Positions 52,861 through 64,000 of a stretch of 64,000 nucleotides of DNA are shown one piece after another (within the stretch, counting starts at the first letter, position 1; every line of letters begins with the position of its first letter). Below the pieces are notes generated by a model. It was not told the DNA's origin and did no database searches. It worked only from the letters and a program-made list of their open reading frames with translations. The position numbers and the translations under genes were made by a program. The DNA is from Klebsormidium nitens (Eukaryota > Plantae > Klebsormidiophyceae), in the NCBI GenBank assembly GCA_000708835.1, contig DF237251.1, positions 1-64,000 of the forward strand, in the 5' to 3' direction.

Positions 52861-54092
52861 TGGGAAGAACGCATTGCTGGCGTCCTCCCAACTATTGAGC
52901 GTCGAAACGTGCTTTAATCATTCATGAGCCTGGCAAGTAATCTGTATTTTGTAGTATTAAATGGTCATTGGAGCCTCAACAAGTCAAGAGACTCGAAGCA
53001 ATGCGTCACAACTTGAACAATTGTGATAAGGTCGTTGGGAGCCTCATCGACATTCAAACATCTGATTTGTCATGATCATCATTTGATAGATCCGAGAGTG
53101 TGTAAATGCGCATTTGAATCACTCATAAGAATAGCAATGATTTCCACCGAGCTGCCAAGCTACTTCCAAACTCAACTGCTGAATACTGGCTTGCAGCTAT
53201 ACTTATCAGTGCCATGGCATAGCACGTGTTTCTTTTTTAGAGATTTAAAAGTATGATTGGAAGTGCATGTTTCTAGCTCCTTAAGTTAGAAAGTGGGCTC
53301 CCAGACGATTCGCAGCCATGATTGTTCATGCATCTTAGTAAATGGATGTCGATCAAGATATTGCATGACGCGTAAAGCTCTCATTCGAGTGCAACACAAT
53401 TCTCTCGTGCGCGGCATGGCATGGGACTTATGCAGCGAATCCTTCAATCAAAGATCCATGTATAAGTCACGACTTGTAATGGTTAAGTCGCGGATGCTAT
53501 AGCTAGGCTGTCGTGTGAAGTTGCGTATGGTGTTATGCAAGGGACGCTGTACAGGAATCTAGTTCTTCATCTAGCACACCTTTTGGAAGTTTCCCCCAAA
53601 ATTCTAGCCGTGCGTGATCTAATCCACCAGGAAAGTTTTTCGAGATCGAACTACCAATTTGCCGAACAAATCCGAGCTACTGCATGGCCGTGTGCGGAAT
53701 TGCCAGCTAGCTAGCCAGCGTCGCTAGCGACGATATTTCAGCCCGGGGGGGTGTTGTCTCACTTTCAACGAATCTGTACAAATCAGTGAAGCACGCTTTC
53801 CATAGAGCGTGGTCAAGTTGTCAGAATTATACCTCTCGGTCTAGTTCTGGCCCTTAAAAAGTCTTGCTAAGTTGCTAGATCACTACCTGTGTGCATCGAC
53901 ATATACAGATGCAACGCGGCACGCAGTCTGTACACTAAGCACTGGAAGAATCACTTCTCCTAACATGTACAGGAACAGCAACTAGGATTATGTACAAAGG
54001 AAAAGCCTTACCCCACAAGTCGGCCTGAACCAGTATTTACAGGAATTGTTCAATTGAGGCCTGACCCCCTACTATGTACAGCTTTGGCCATG

Positions 54093-55903
54093 TTACCGAA
54101 ACATCCACTGGCGGTACATCTTTTCCACGATTCCTCCTCCTGACCGGATAGCGTGCCTGAGGCTGTCCAGCTGCGGCGGCACGCCCCACAGCATCGGCAC
54201 GTGCACCGTCATCACCAGCCGCTCGTGCAGGCCCGATGGATTGCCCAGCTCCGCATGGACAACCTGCACCGTTGATCTGGTTCGATTGATTTACAGCACC
54301 CCGAAAGGATGTAGGAATGGGCTTTGAAACCTCAGGAGAGTGGTCGCACCTTACGTGAGGAGCGGACTGAAATGATTGAAAGGACTGCTTATCAAGAAAC
54401 GATCGGGGAGGCAGGAACAGGTGCCGGCAAGCAGCACTGGGAAACATTGAGGCTCCACAGCCAGTTAGGCCTCTATCTGAAGTCCTCTGCTCCTTTGCAA
54501 CTTGACAAAAGGGTTAAATAGCATTCAAAGCCAATTTGGACTTTGGATTAGATGTGAAGGAGACATGCCCTCGGTTGTGCTTGCCTGCCCCCCCTGGTCC
54601 ACCACGCAGTCCTCCACCACGTCACTCAGCATGGCCACCGAGCGGCAGAAACCAAGCACGGTCAGGCGCCGCCCTAGGTCCAGCCCCTGCACACACAGTG
54701 CCGCGCTGCGTAGTAGTCACAGGTCAATAGAGAAACTCGAAAACAGCTCCATACTACAGCCTGTCTTGAACCCCCTACAAACCCGACAATATGCACAGGA
54801 GCCTTTATCCAATATGCATTTCTTGAACAAGGCTGCTTTGAGGATGACATCATCGCTTTGCAAGGGCATACGTGGATGTTCAGCTGCCATCTGACAAGAG
54901 CGCTTGCCAGAAAGGAAGCCCTTAATTGGCAAAGAACCAGGGAAATACAAGTGGCGGCCAACTTTGCTAGATTGAGGCTGGACCTCGGATTTCCAATTGT
55001 TAGAGCAGGAGGGCGCTCACGTTGGTGGCATGAATGTCGAACGTGGCCCCCAGGCACAGCTGCTGGTGGGGGTCCATGTACGACTCCTCCCGAAACGGGC
55101 GCAGCCGGCCGAGCTGCCCGCTCTGCCGCCGCTGCCACGCTTCTGCCCGCCTCGCTGGCACGCGCTCCCCCCCTAGCTGAACCACCCCCTGGGAGGTCAG
55201 CAGGGTGATGATGGGCTCGCGCACCCAGTCTTCACCTGGAGGAAGATGAACGACAATCTGGAAAAAGTTGGACAACAGCTGTGACACTGACAAAACACAG
55301 CGCACTATTACAAATGACACACGTTGACTGGCCAGCCTGAAACACCGGCAGTTGTGGCCAAGCAGGTGGCACGGCGAGGTTGCAGACTTAGAATAGTGTA
55401 TGTTTGACAGGACAGGGTCAGATTTTGGACTTGGCAAACTTGCCAAGCTGCTCAAGCTGCGCACATTTGATTGAAATAATCACCGTCAGGTTCTGTGCTG
55501 CATTGGTCAGCATCTCAGCATCAGATCGCAGAGATTCTCTCCCCGACTGCATGCAGGCCATCTGCTCACCTGGTTCAGACTCCTCCCCTCCGCTACCATT
55601 CTGCTCCCAGGGATAAGGGCCATAGCCGTCTGAAGCCCCAAAGCTGTGACCCCAGCTCGGTTCCCCCTCGTTGTGCAACGCCTGCACCTTCTGCTGATCC
55701 CTTTTCTTTAAGCCCAGCTGCCGTCTGTGTAATCTGCGATGCAACAAACTCCGGCCCGGCGCCGCTGTCCAAGCGGTTTTGTCATGGCGCCGACCAATCC
55801 AGGACCTTACATGGATCCCAGCTGCCTGCTCCTGAGAGCAATGCGAGCTTGCTTGGCAGGGAAGCAAGTTTGAAGGGGTTCTGCCAAGCGTGCTTGTCGC
55901 CAT
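54093..55903 (-). CDS. Conserved green-lineage, probably plastid-targeted protein of unknown function (4 exons, about 273 aa)
   Basis: Exons 55903-55570, 55235-55021, 54686-54585 (GC donor), 54263-54093; in phase. Motifs GYGPYPWE, YMDPHQQLCLGATFDIHATNGLDLGRRLTVLGFCRSVAMLSDVVEDCV and VPMLWGVPP...GGGIVEKMY match a recalled uncharacterised land-plant family. The start codon is a best guess. Confidence 0.85.
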
Positions 55904-57165
55904 TCGGGCCTCCTCCCAACGACCTTGCATTCCAATTCGATGGCAGAGCATGCATGACCTTTTTGCCTTACCTGCAACGGCGCGCGTACGTGCGCGGGCC
56001 TCCACTCATGCACTCCGATCGGATCCGTAACTCAAACCCTTTAAACCCTTAGCATGCGAAGTTCGCCCAATGGCCCGGCCGCGGGCACCTAGCTCGCGCG
56101 CGGCGCCAACCGGGCCACACTGTACTCTCGTTCATCTGGTTCATGCACGGTGATCTTTCTTTGCCCCTGACATCAGCGGCTATATCGGGAACGTGGTGTT
56201 CCGACATGGGAGCAATCTTTGATTCACAGCTAATCTACTGGTGACTTGGCGAGGGCAACAGGTCGGAGGCGACCATGATCCCTGGGCCGGGCCTGGGCCG
56301 CGTGGTGACCAATATTCTGGGACGCTGAGTGGAGGTGCGCTTGAGCGCAATAAGCCATCAGAGCCCGGCAAGTTCTTCCCTGACCATCGTTCCCAAGACT
56401 GTCACCAAAACGAAAGTATTTAGATGTTTGAAGGACACATTGACAAACCCGGCAGGAGCCTCATTAATACTATGCTAAGTATTGCAGATTTCTTTCCACT
56501 CCGAAAACGTTATCCCCTCGCTTGGATTTTTCCATATCTTCCCGAGCCGTTGTGTACTTTCTGGTTGTGACGATTTTGGTACCTTTGCTCCTACCTCTGC
56601 TCCTGAAGACGCGTACAATCGTTCAAGGCGACTTTCTGACTGGGAGAGCTGACGTGGAACCCAGTTGAGAGTCCGTTGATGGAGTATCGCGGCTATAGTC
56701 CTAAAGGAGGCCATGTTGCCATGTTTGTGTGCGTTGCTTCGAAGGCAGAGAGTCCATGGTGACTGTTCCAACTGCTTCTTTTCAAAGGAATGGAATATGT
56801 GGCTTGTTACGAACTTATTATGGGCCGTGACAATTGTATGCTATGATACTCGCGATTCAGTTGCGCGAATGCTCACTTCGTCTGCATCAGCCCATCACCA
56901 TGCTGTCCAAAAAAAGCCCAGCATCTATGCGGCTAAGCTTCAAGTGCTCTGCTGTCCTTGTTGCTCGATTGCAAGCCTTGTGGAAGGCAAACACTGCATC
57001 CCCACTGCATCATCTGGTGACCTTATTGCTCATCTTGAAGTCATGAATCACAGTCATAGAAATTGGCCCTCCTGCTTTCTCGCCAGCAGCCTGAGAGGAA
57101 GTCGTTAAAAACCTACCGGTGTCAGAGTTGCACAAGATTAGCAAACACTTACCTTTTTCTTACAG

Positions 57166-58031
57166 GAGCAGTTCATATCAGATTCATATCAGCCCTCAAA
57201 GCAGACGTCTTTTAATCCTCCTGCTCTTAAGAAAATCAGCAACTGTACTCTGCAGACTCAGCCAACCAGTCACGGGCCTGCACAAGGGGCTGCAGCGGGG
57301 GAAGGGAGGGGCGCTGCTGGTGGCAACGACTTTCAGGGTGAGCGAACTGCAGACTTGATCAGCATCCCAAAATTGCTTAGTGCGTGAACTGGAGGGACTA
57401 CTAGCAATGCTACTCTGAGTGTCAATTGAAAAACGTAGGGCTTCGAAGCGCAGTGAACATGAAACATGCACACATCGCATGAAGTGGCAGACTTAGTCTG
57501 CCAAGCAAAAGCCGATGATCTGGTTCACCTCCAGGCCCAACTAGAGAAACTTCAGTCGCGGTTTGAACCTCTTCTGTTGTACTACGCTTGGCCAATGGCA
57601 CGGTAGTCGGTCTGAGCCAAAGCAACGTTGAAGCGCAACGATCGTTTCAGATTGGTTGAGCTAGTACACCGTCGATGAAAAAATTGATCTGTTCAACTTT
57701 TCCGTCAACTTCAAGTCGTGCAGGTGCAGTTCTCGAATTTGGTACAGCAGCCACAGTCTTTCTTCCCTTGTCTGACCAGCTGCGGGGTCGAATCAGAAGA
57801 TCCGACGGCAGCTCGGATTTGGCGGTGCTCGAATTTGTGGACCCGGATGGTAATGTTCTTCTCAATTCGAAGGAGGTGAAGCTGTATGGGATCGACGGGG
57901 GAGAAGTGACAATTTGCGACGGCCAGCATCTGATCAGCTGGGCTCTGGACTACAAGATCGAGGTGGAAGGTGGGCAATCGTATTGCACCGTTCCTCCTAG
58001 GACATCGTTTGTGAAAGAGGTTCACTTGTGA
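57166..58031 (+). CDS. Probable last two exons of a hypothetical protein
   Basis: Exon-like segments 57166-57337 (after TTTTTCTTACAG, before GTGAG) and 57724-58031 join in phase (…GGNDFQ-G-AVLEFGTAATVFLPLSDQLRGRIRRSDGSSDLAVLEFVDPDGNVLL…VKEVHL*). Upstream exons are unresolved and no family was recognised. Confidence 0.45.
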
Positions 58032-59312
58032 GCGAACATGTCGGGAGGCACTGGTTTGGATCGGGTTGGGAGTGTTCAAGGGTGCGTGGCAGTGAATCTG
58101 TCATCGAAATATTGGGAACTTACGCAGCTGTGATCAAGACATGCTGCAAACTTGGTGTCCTAGCCTTCTGCATCAAGCGGTTGAGACTTGTCGATCACCA
58201 TGATCCAAGTCAAACGCTTTCACCAGATTTCAGTGTCAGTTCGAAAAGCATGAGTGGTGGTTCTATACACGTCAATTTAGCATGACAATCATGGATGCAA
58301 GGCCGTACTAGTTTGAAAGAGACGTGAGCTCTTAACTACACGTCCATCGATGATCGACCTTGCAGCTTCGCAGTCGGGCCAGCAAATATACAACCGCCGG
58401 GGCGGGGACTCAGGGCATTAGGTATTGACTAGACAGGCATCAACATTTCTACAATCAAATGCCCCGTTCATGAACCATAAGATTAAGGCTACTTAGGGCG
58501 CGCGTCGACCGAAAAGCTTTCCAGATCTTTTATAGCCAATCGGATGGCTTTTCAGATCCACGTGGTAGCCTAAGGTACATTCGAACATGTGTACCATAGA
58601 AGGAATACGGCTTGGAAAGTACCGTACCTCCTACTTGTCGGTACTACAAAGGCAACACTGGAAGCAAGTAGGTTTTTGCGGACGGTCGACGCGCAACCTT
58701 AAGTAGAATAAGCGTATTAGTAAGTAACGGGGGTACGACGTTGTTATCACCATGGCTCTTTCCTTAGCCCCCGTCCTAGCTCATGCAGCGCGAAACTCTC
58801 TAGGGCATGAAAAGACCGCCCTCCTGCGCACCGTAGCCGAGTAGCGGCACACATCTCTGAATGGTGTACCGCGCTGACGGTGCCTATTCTCTGGTACCAA
58901 TAATTGCCCTCCCATGCTGCGCGCCGCCCCTAGAAGTCGGCGTATGTGCATAGCAGATTGTCGCCAAACGGCATCAATGATCAAGGGATCCTCTTGCATG
59001 ATACCTCGTGAAATACTGAAGTGCCAGCACTCGACTCAACAAGCTCCATAATAGCCGGCCAATGCCGCGGCGATGCATGTAGAAGTGGCCCCAACAGTCT
59101 CAGCCAGGACGTGAAACCATGTTACAAAAGCGTAGCGGCTTCGCTGAATCAACGAAAATCCAACGGTGTCTCTGACATGAGGCAGGGCAGACTCCTTCAT
59201 GTCCCCCCGTCCGAGACGCACTGTGGCCCACTTCGTATCCTACTGCCCAATGCCCCGTGGCGGGCAGTCTGCCTATTGTACAGGGGCTCAATCCCCGCCC
59301 TACTCACTAACC

Positions 59313-62300
59313 CTAGTCGTCTCCACCGAACCTTCTGCTGTTCGCCACTGACTGCAGCCGTTCTTGGGCCGCCCGTAGCAGTAGTTGCGCCCGCTCCAGG
59401 GCCTGCCTGCCCCTTGCCTCATTATCATCCTCGTCATCATCGCCGGATGAGTCGTCCTCGTCGTCGTCATCATCCTCGTCGCTGTCGTCATCCTCGTCCA
59501 GGTCATCGTCATCATCGTCGTCGTCATCATCGTTGTCGTCATCATCTTCCGCGTCACTCTCCTCGTCGGTGCTGCCCACCTCCGAGCCCACGTTCTCATC
59601 CGAGTCCTCGCTGGCATCGTCACTCTCGTCGCTCCCGCTATCGCTGCACACGAAGGCGGATAGCGTGTCACACTTGCTAGGTACAGCAGATTCCTACGTC
59701 CTGCACGAGTTCCTTCAAGCTGACTCTAACCAGAATGAAGTTGTGAGGGGAAGACGTCGGTCAATGTTCACAGCCAGGTATGAAGCAGAGCCACACAGGA
59801 CGCGGGCCCCTCTTTGAGGTTCATCCGCCACCAAGCAATTTTGCACAAAGCTCCGGGTTGGTCAACCCAAACCGGCCTCCAATTGAGCCTTACCACAAAG
59901 ACCTTACTAGCCAAGCTGCGCCACCAGATTCTGGCTTCTTAGGACGACGAATACTAGTCAAATACGAAATGTTATGCTCAACGCAAATGCGCCGCAGACG
60001 TCACAGCGTCAATAACAACTCAATGCGCAACGGCTGACAAATGCACGGGTTCGTGCAGCGCAACCGGAATGGCCCTGACCTGACGTCCGGGAAGTCGGCG
60101 GTGAGCCAGCAGCCGGGCCGCTGCTGGGGGAGGCGCGCCACCGCATCCGCGACGCGGCCGCTCTTGTGACGGGCGAACCACTCCCCCGAGGCCAACCCGT
60201 CTGCACGCATTGACAGACCATCAGCAGACCGTCACGCGGCAAGAACTGAGTAATCGACCTAGGTTATCACAAAGAAGAGACGGAGGCGTCTGGAGCTACG
60301 AGAGCTAAGCAAGTCCAATTGCGGATTGAAGAGCGGGCGGAATCCCGAGTGTCGCCAAGTCCCGCAAATCATGGGGCGAGCGAGAGGGCCGGCGGCGGCT
60401 CACTTTTACTGGAGACATCGAGCGAGCGCAGCGACTTGCACTCGTCCGACAGCAGGGCCTGCAGGAACGCCTCCACGCAGTCCTGCACGCACACAAATTG
60501 TGAGCCGAAGCAACACAGATCCAGGCCAACGACTAACCTCAGATTGACCACGAAATGACTTTTGCAATGTCATCCCTTGTTTCGAAACCGTTCCCACGCT
60601 CAGTACTCGCATTTCTTGCGGGTAGATTCCATGAAAGCTTCCAGACACAGCGGAAGCCGGCCCGACTGCCAAATCGCCAGCTAGCGTTCATAAAGAAAGG
60701 ACGTGGTCATTTGTACTCCAGAAGCATCGATCCCTTTACCCTGATCTTCTCCAGGGCCCTTTCCTCGTCAAGTTTCGGTCATGCTTTCCAAGAAGGGCCC
60801 GCCAAAGTATGGAAAGCATGGAAAAGGCAAGCCTGGGAAGAGAAGTCCTGACAACGAAGTGCCGAATCAGCATGCAAGGCAGGGCCTCAACAAGGGTAGC
60901 GTGACTCGTCACCTCTCTCAGCCGCATGCAGTCGCGCAGCAGGAGATGCTCGAGGCGGCAGTCACGCAGCGCGGCCAGGTCCCTACAACAGTCAGCAGGC
61001 AGTACGTAAGCAGCGGAACGCATTCTAAGCAGACAAAGCGGCTTGAGATACACACAACATGTCGCAAGTCGAGTCTCATTACACAGACGGGGCCAGTGCG
61101 CACACGAAGAGCTTTCGCACAAGAGAAGGCTGGCGGGGAGAGCTTGCGAGGGCGGAGCGGCGTACTTGAGGAACGAGCCGTTGAGGTACTGCGCGCCGCA
61201 CAGGTCCACGTACTGCAGGGGCAGCTTCTGCGGGCGGGCAGGGAAGGGGGCGTGAGCACACGCGACTGAACAAGCGAGGCTCGGACGCCAAACCAGGAAC
61301 CGAGTCGTTGTGCGGCAATGAACTAAGAAGTGGGAAAGGTTTGAGCGCCGGGAGCATTGAGAGTCCTCATCGTCCTTGACCCTCCAGCGTCGGTACGACT
61401 GAACGTAGAATGCCTGGTACAATTCCAGGTAGTGACTGTATAGAATGTTACAGGGGGAGTGCGAGGTGGTACCTTGAGGAAGATGGCGACCTTCCTGTCC
61501 TGCACGATGCAGCTGCGCAGCGTGAGGGACGCCAGACTGGGGCAGCGCGCAGCCACACGCTCGCACAGCGTGCTGCGCAGCGTCGATCGGCGGGCTGCGA
61601 GAAGGAGACGACGCAATGTTCACCGAGAGATACTTACGCAGATTCTCATCAAGTTTTGTACGGAGTGCTGATGGAAAGCTGTACATATGAGGTATGGACT
61701 CGTGAGCGACATTCGGCCCTGGACGTCACTTCTAGTCCGGCCTTTCTTTGTCAAAGCAAACGGCAGAATAACGTCTTATTGATGTCTCCGTACGTCATTT
61801 AAGCACACGACAGGTCTTCGGAGGACGGCCATTCGAAGATCGTTGGTCTTCTATTGTGGCCCTTCGAAACAGGAAGCTGAAACTGGCAGCGACCGACAGC
61901 GAGCAGTTGTGTCGGCAGCGTGTGGCCCGCAGGGCGGCTGACCTGGGTCCTGGTCCCAGACGTCGAAGAGGCTGGTGCGCTTGCGCGGCTGGCAGCAGAA
62001 GCGGACGAGCAAGGGGCAGTGCTCCGCCACCGCCTCCAGCATGCACGCGGGGGCCACCTGGCTGCACCATAGCGATCCTGTCGTTCGTGAGAAGCCTTGC
62101 AATGTGCGACTGATAGGATTCTTACACTTGAAAGCTTACGTTTGGGAATTCGGCCCGAGACGCATCAGCCAGACCTCAGGCTGACCTCAGGCTGTAAGGA
62201 ATCTCGACCAGGTTGCACGGAACCTGAGGCCCTCGCGTCGGGCACGTTGCGACCCGACCCGACATTTGCCCGAGACCCCGACCGCATTCGGCACCTCCGG

Positions 62301-63619
62301 CAGCTGCTAAGATTGGGCAGCCTGATTGATAGGGCATTTGCCGGAGCCTGATCGGGCTCGGGCCGAATCGGGCGGACCCTGTTCACGCTCCTAGGGTCTA
62401 TACACACAGAGCGGGTGAACTTTTGGTGAATTCGCCGAGAACCGAAGGTGCTGTTTTGCGAAAGTTTACTTTGACACTCCGGGGGGTAGCTTCCGCAAGT
62501 AAAGGTAGTCCCACGCGACGGTCCAAAAAAATTACCATCGTCACCAGGCTTTTCTTGGGGTAGCAATTCGGAACACCGCGGTGAAAAAACTGACGTCAGG
62601 CCGTACTTGCCGGCGAATTGAAAAGTTCACCTGAGTTCACCCGCGGTGTTTTCTTGGCGACAAGAGCACCGCAACCCCTGCAGTACCGTCGCTCAAAACC
62701 AAGTTCACCCGCTCTGTGTGTAAAGACCCCTAGTGTAACAACCCGATGAATTTCACGGAGATCTTGTCAGCAATTCGGGTTCCTCCTGCTAAGAGGCCTT
62801 GAACTGGGCAGGGCGAACGAGGAACGATCCAACGAAAGTATAACAAGCTGGAGTATGACAACGACTGAACCTCAAACTTGCGCGACCATTAGCATCCACG
62901 CCCAAGGCATAAACCAAGCCATCGGAGGCGCACATGGGCTTGTCTGTGAACACGTGTGCCCTTCCACAGAGGCCGAGCCTGAATAGAAGAAGGTCGTTTT
63001 GAAACCGAGCGGTGTGCGAATGTTGCTCACAGGCCAATGACCTCGAGGTCGTGCAGGCGGGGGCACGACGCGAGCGCGGCCGTAACGGCACGCCCGTCAA
63101 GTTCCACTACGTTGTACAGGTGCAGGGCGTGCAGGTTGGCACTGCACCGCAAGCGCAGGGATAAAGTGTCAAACTCGACACAACTGCAGCGCAACACATG
63201 ACGGTGGAGCCGGCAAGGGGGATCAGACCAAATGCGCAAGTGGGGAGAATGATCCTGGGCTTGCTGTCCACTTCTGACAAAGAACTTCAACAAACGGCAG
63301 CTTAATGCAAAGGCACGTGAGTTGTTCGAGTAGACAGATGCACCCGTGTGCTCACCCCGCTGCACTCTGCGCTGGGCTGAGCACGTGCAAGGAGTGCCTG
63401 CCGAGCGGGCAGAGGCGGCCCTTCTCCTTGCCCTGCATCAGCCGCGACAGCGGCAGAGTCTTGTCGGTGTACTCGGGCACCCACGCCGGCCGCACGAGGG
63501 GGCTGCTGCTGCCGGGACTGGCGGAGGTGGCTAGCGAAGAGCGTCGGCGGGCTGTGCGGGACGAGGGGGAGTGCGCGGCAGGCAAGGGGGGCTTGGGAAG
63601 GACCCCCAGCTTGAGAACC
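59313..63619 (-). CDS. Leucine-rich-repeat (RNI-like, F-box/LRR-type) protein with an acidic C-terminal tail; 5' part lies beyond the window
   Basis: Exons 63619-63356, 63141-63031, 62061-61943, 61594-61473, 61227-61166, 60982-60913, 60482-60404(or 60410), 60200-60080, 59643-59313; in phase. Cys-containing LRR units LHALHLYNVVELD, CPRLHDLEV, CPSLASLTLRSC, LQYVDLCGAQYL, LEHLLLRDCMRL, CKSLRSLDVS. No F-box is visible in the window. Confidence 0.8.
62116..62744. mobile_element. Older MITE-like element (family copy 1) interrupted by a younger MITE
   Basis: Right end TAGTGTAACAACCC (62731-62744) is the reverse complement of GGGTTGTTACACTA, which starts the second copy at 63787. Left end is degenerate (GGATTCTTACACT, 62116). 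Interior 62151-62320 is collinear with 63821-63990. Confidence 0.72.
62394..62729. mobile_element. 336 bp MITE with 28 bp TIRs and a 3 bp CTA target duplication (PIF/Harbinger, Tourist-like)
   Basis: Left TIR GGGTCTATACACACAGAGCGGGTGAACT (62394-62421) matches the reverse complement of 62702-62729 at 27 of 28 positions. CTA flanks both ends (62391-62393, 62730-62732). Non-coding. Confidence 0.9.
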
Positions 63620-63786
63620 CTGCGCACACGAAACACACAGGAGATGAACATCATTGATGAGCACGGAGATCGATTTCAAGACAAAACCGGTTAGTGCGAG
63701 GTTTCTGCCTGATTCCTTTGTCCAATTCAAATAAGGCCCTGGGAGAAGTGGTACAACCACGGAGGCGCTGGCAAGTTGCCCTCATA

Positions 63787-64000
63787 GGGTTGTTACACTA
63801 AGGAAATCGCGATTGGAAAACGGCCCGAGACCCATCAGCCAGACCTCCGGCTGACCTCAGCCTGTAAGAAATTTTGATCGGGTTGCCCACAACTCGATGC
63901 CCCTCGGGTCGGGCACATTACGACTCGACCCGATATTTGCCCGCGCCCCCGACCAAAAACGGGGCCTCCGGCAGCTGCCAAATTCGGGCAATGTAAGCAA
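63787..64000. mobile_element. Second copy of the older MITE-like family, truncated by the window end
   Basis: Begins GGGTTGTTACACTAAG, then CGGCCCGAGACCCATCAGCCAGACCTCCGGCTGACCTCAGCCTGTAAG, collinear with 62151 onward in the same orientation. Confidence 0.75.

Noticed and set aside
60736-61686. 316 aa ORF as a stand-alone gene
   Set aside because: It strings together two LRR exons and stop-free intron sequence of the spliced gene.
62872-62981. Extra LRR-gene exon in the open frame below 62981
   Set aside because: It would need an intron of about 50 nt and has no suitable donor; exons 63141-63031 and 62061-61943 already join in phase.

Overview
Eukaryotic nuclear DNA with intron-rich genes, GT-AG introns and roughly 50% GC. 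The gene set suggests a streptophyte green alga such as Klebsormidium (inference, not verified). Manual splicing gives these models in order: CUL1 (+); a CDCA7-like zf-4CXXC_R1/DDT/WHIM protein (-) head-to-head with an SNI1/NSE5 homologue (+); a large uncharacterised At4g24610-family protein (+); a TE-rich block at 33-37 kb followed by a decayed copy of that gene's 3' end; PTAC16 (+); a DnaJ-ferredoxin protein (-) divergent from a glutaminyl cyclase (+); a conserved plastid-type protein (-); a probable orphan gene (+); and the 3' part of an LRR gene (-) whose introns hold nested MITEs. No rRNA, tRNA or CRISPR was seen. Protein identifications rest on recalled motif similarity, not database searches. 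The most unusual features are the compound fold-back element with a periodic AACCCTAA array (33.2-34.3 kb), the MITE-in-MITE (62.1-62.7 kb) and an E2F-type site between the CDCA7-like and SNI1-like genes.
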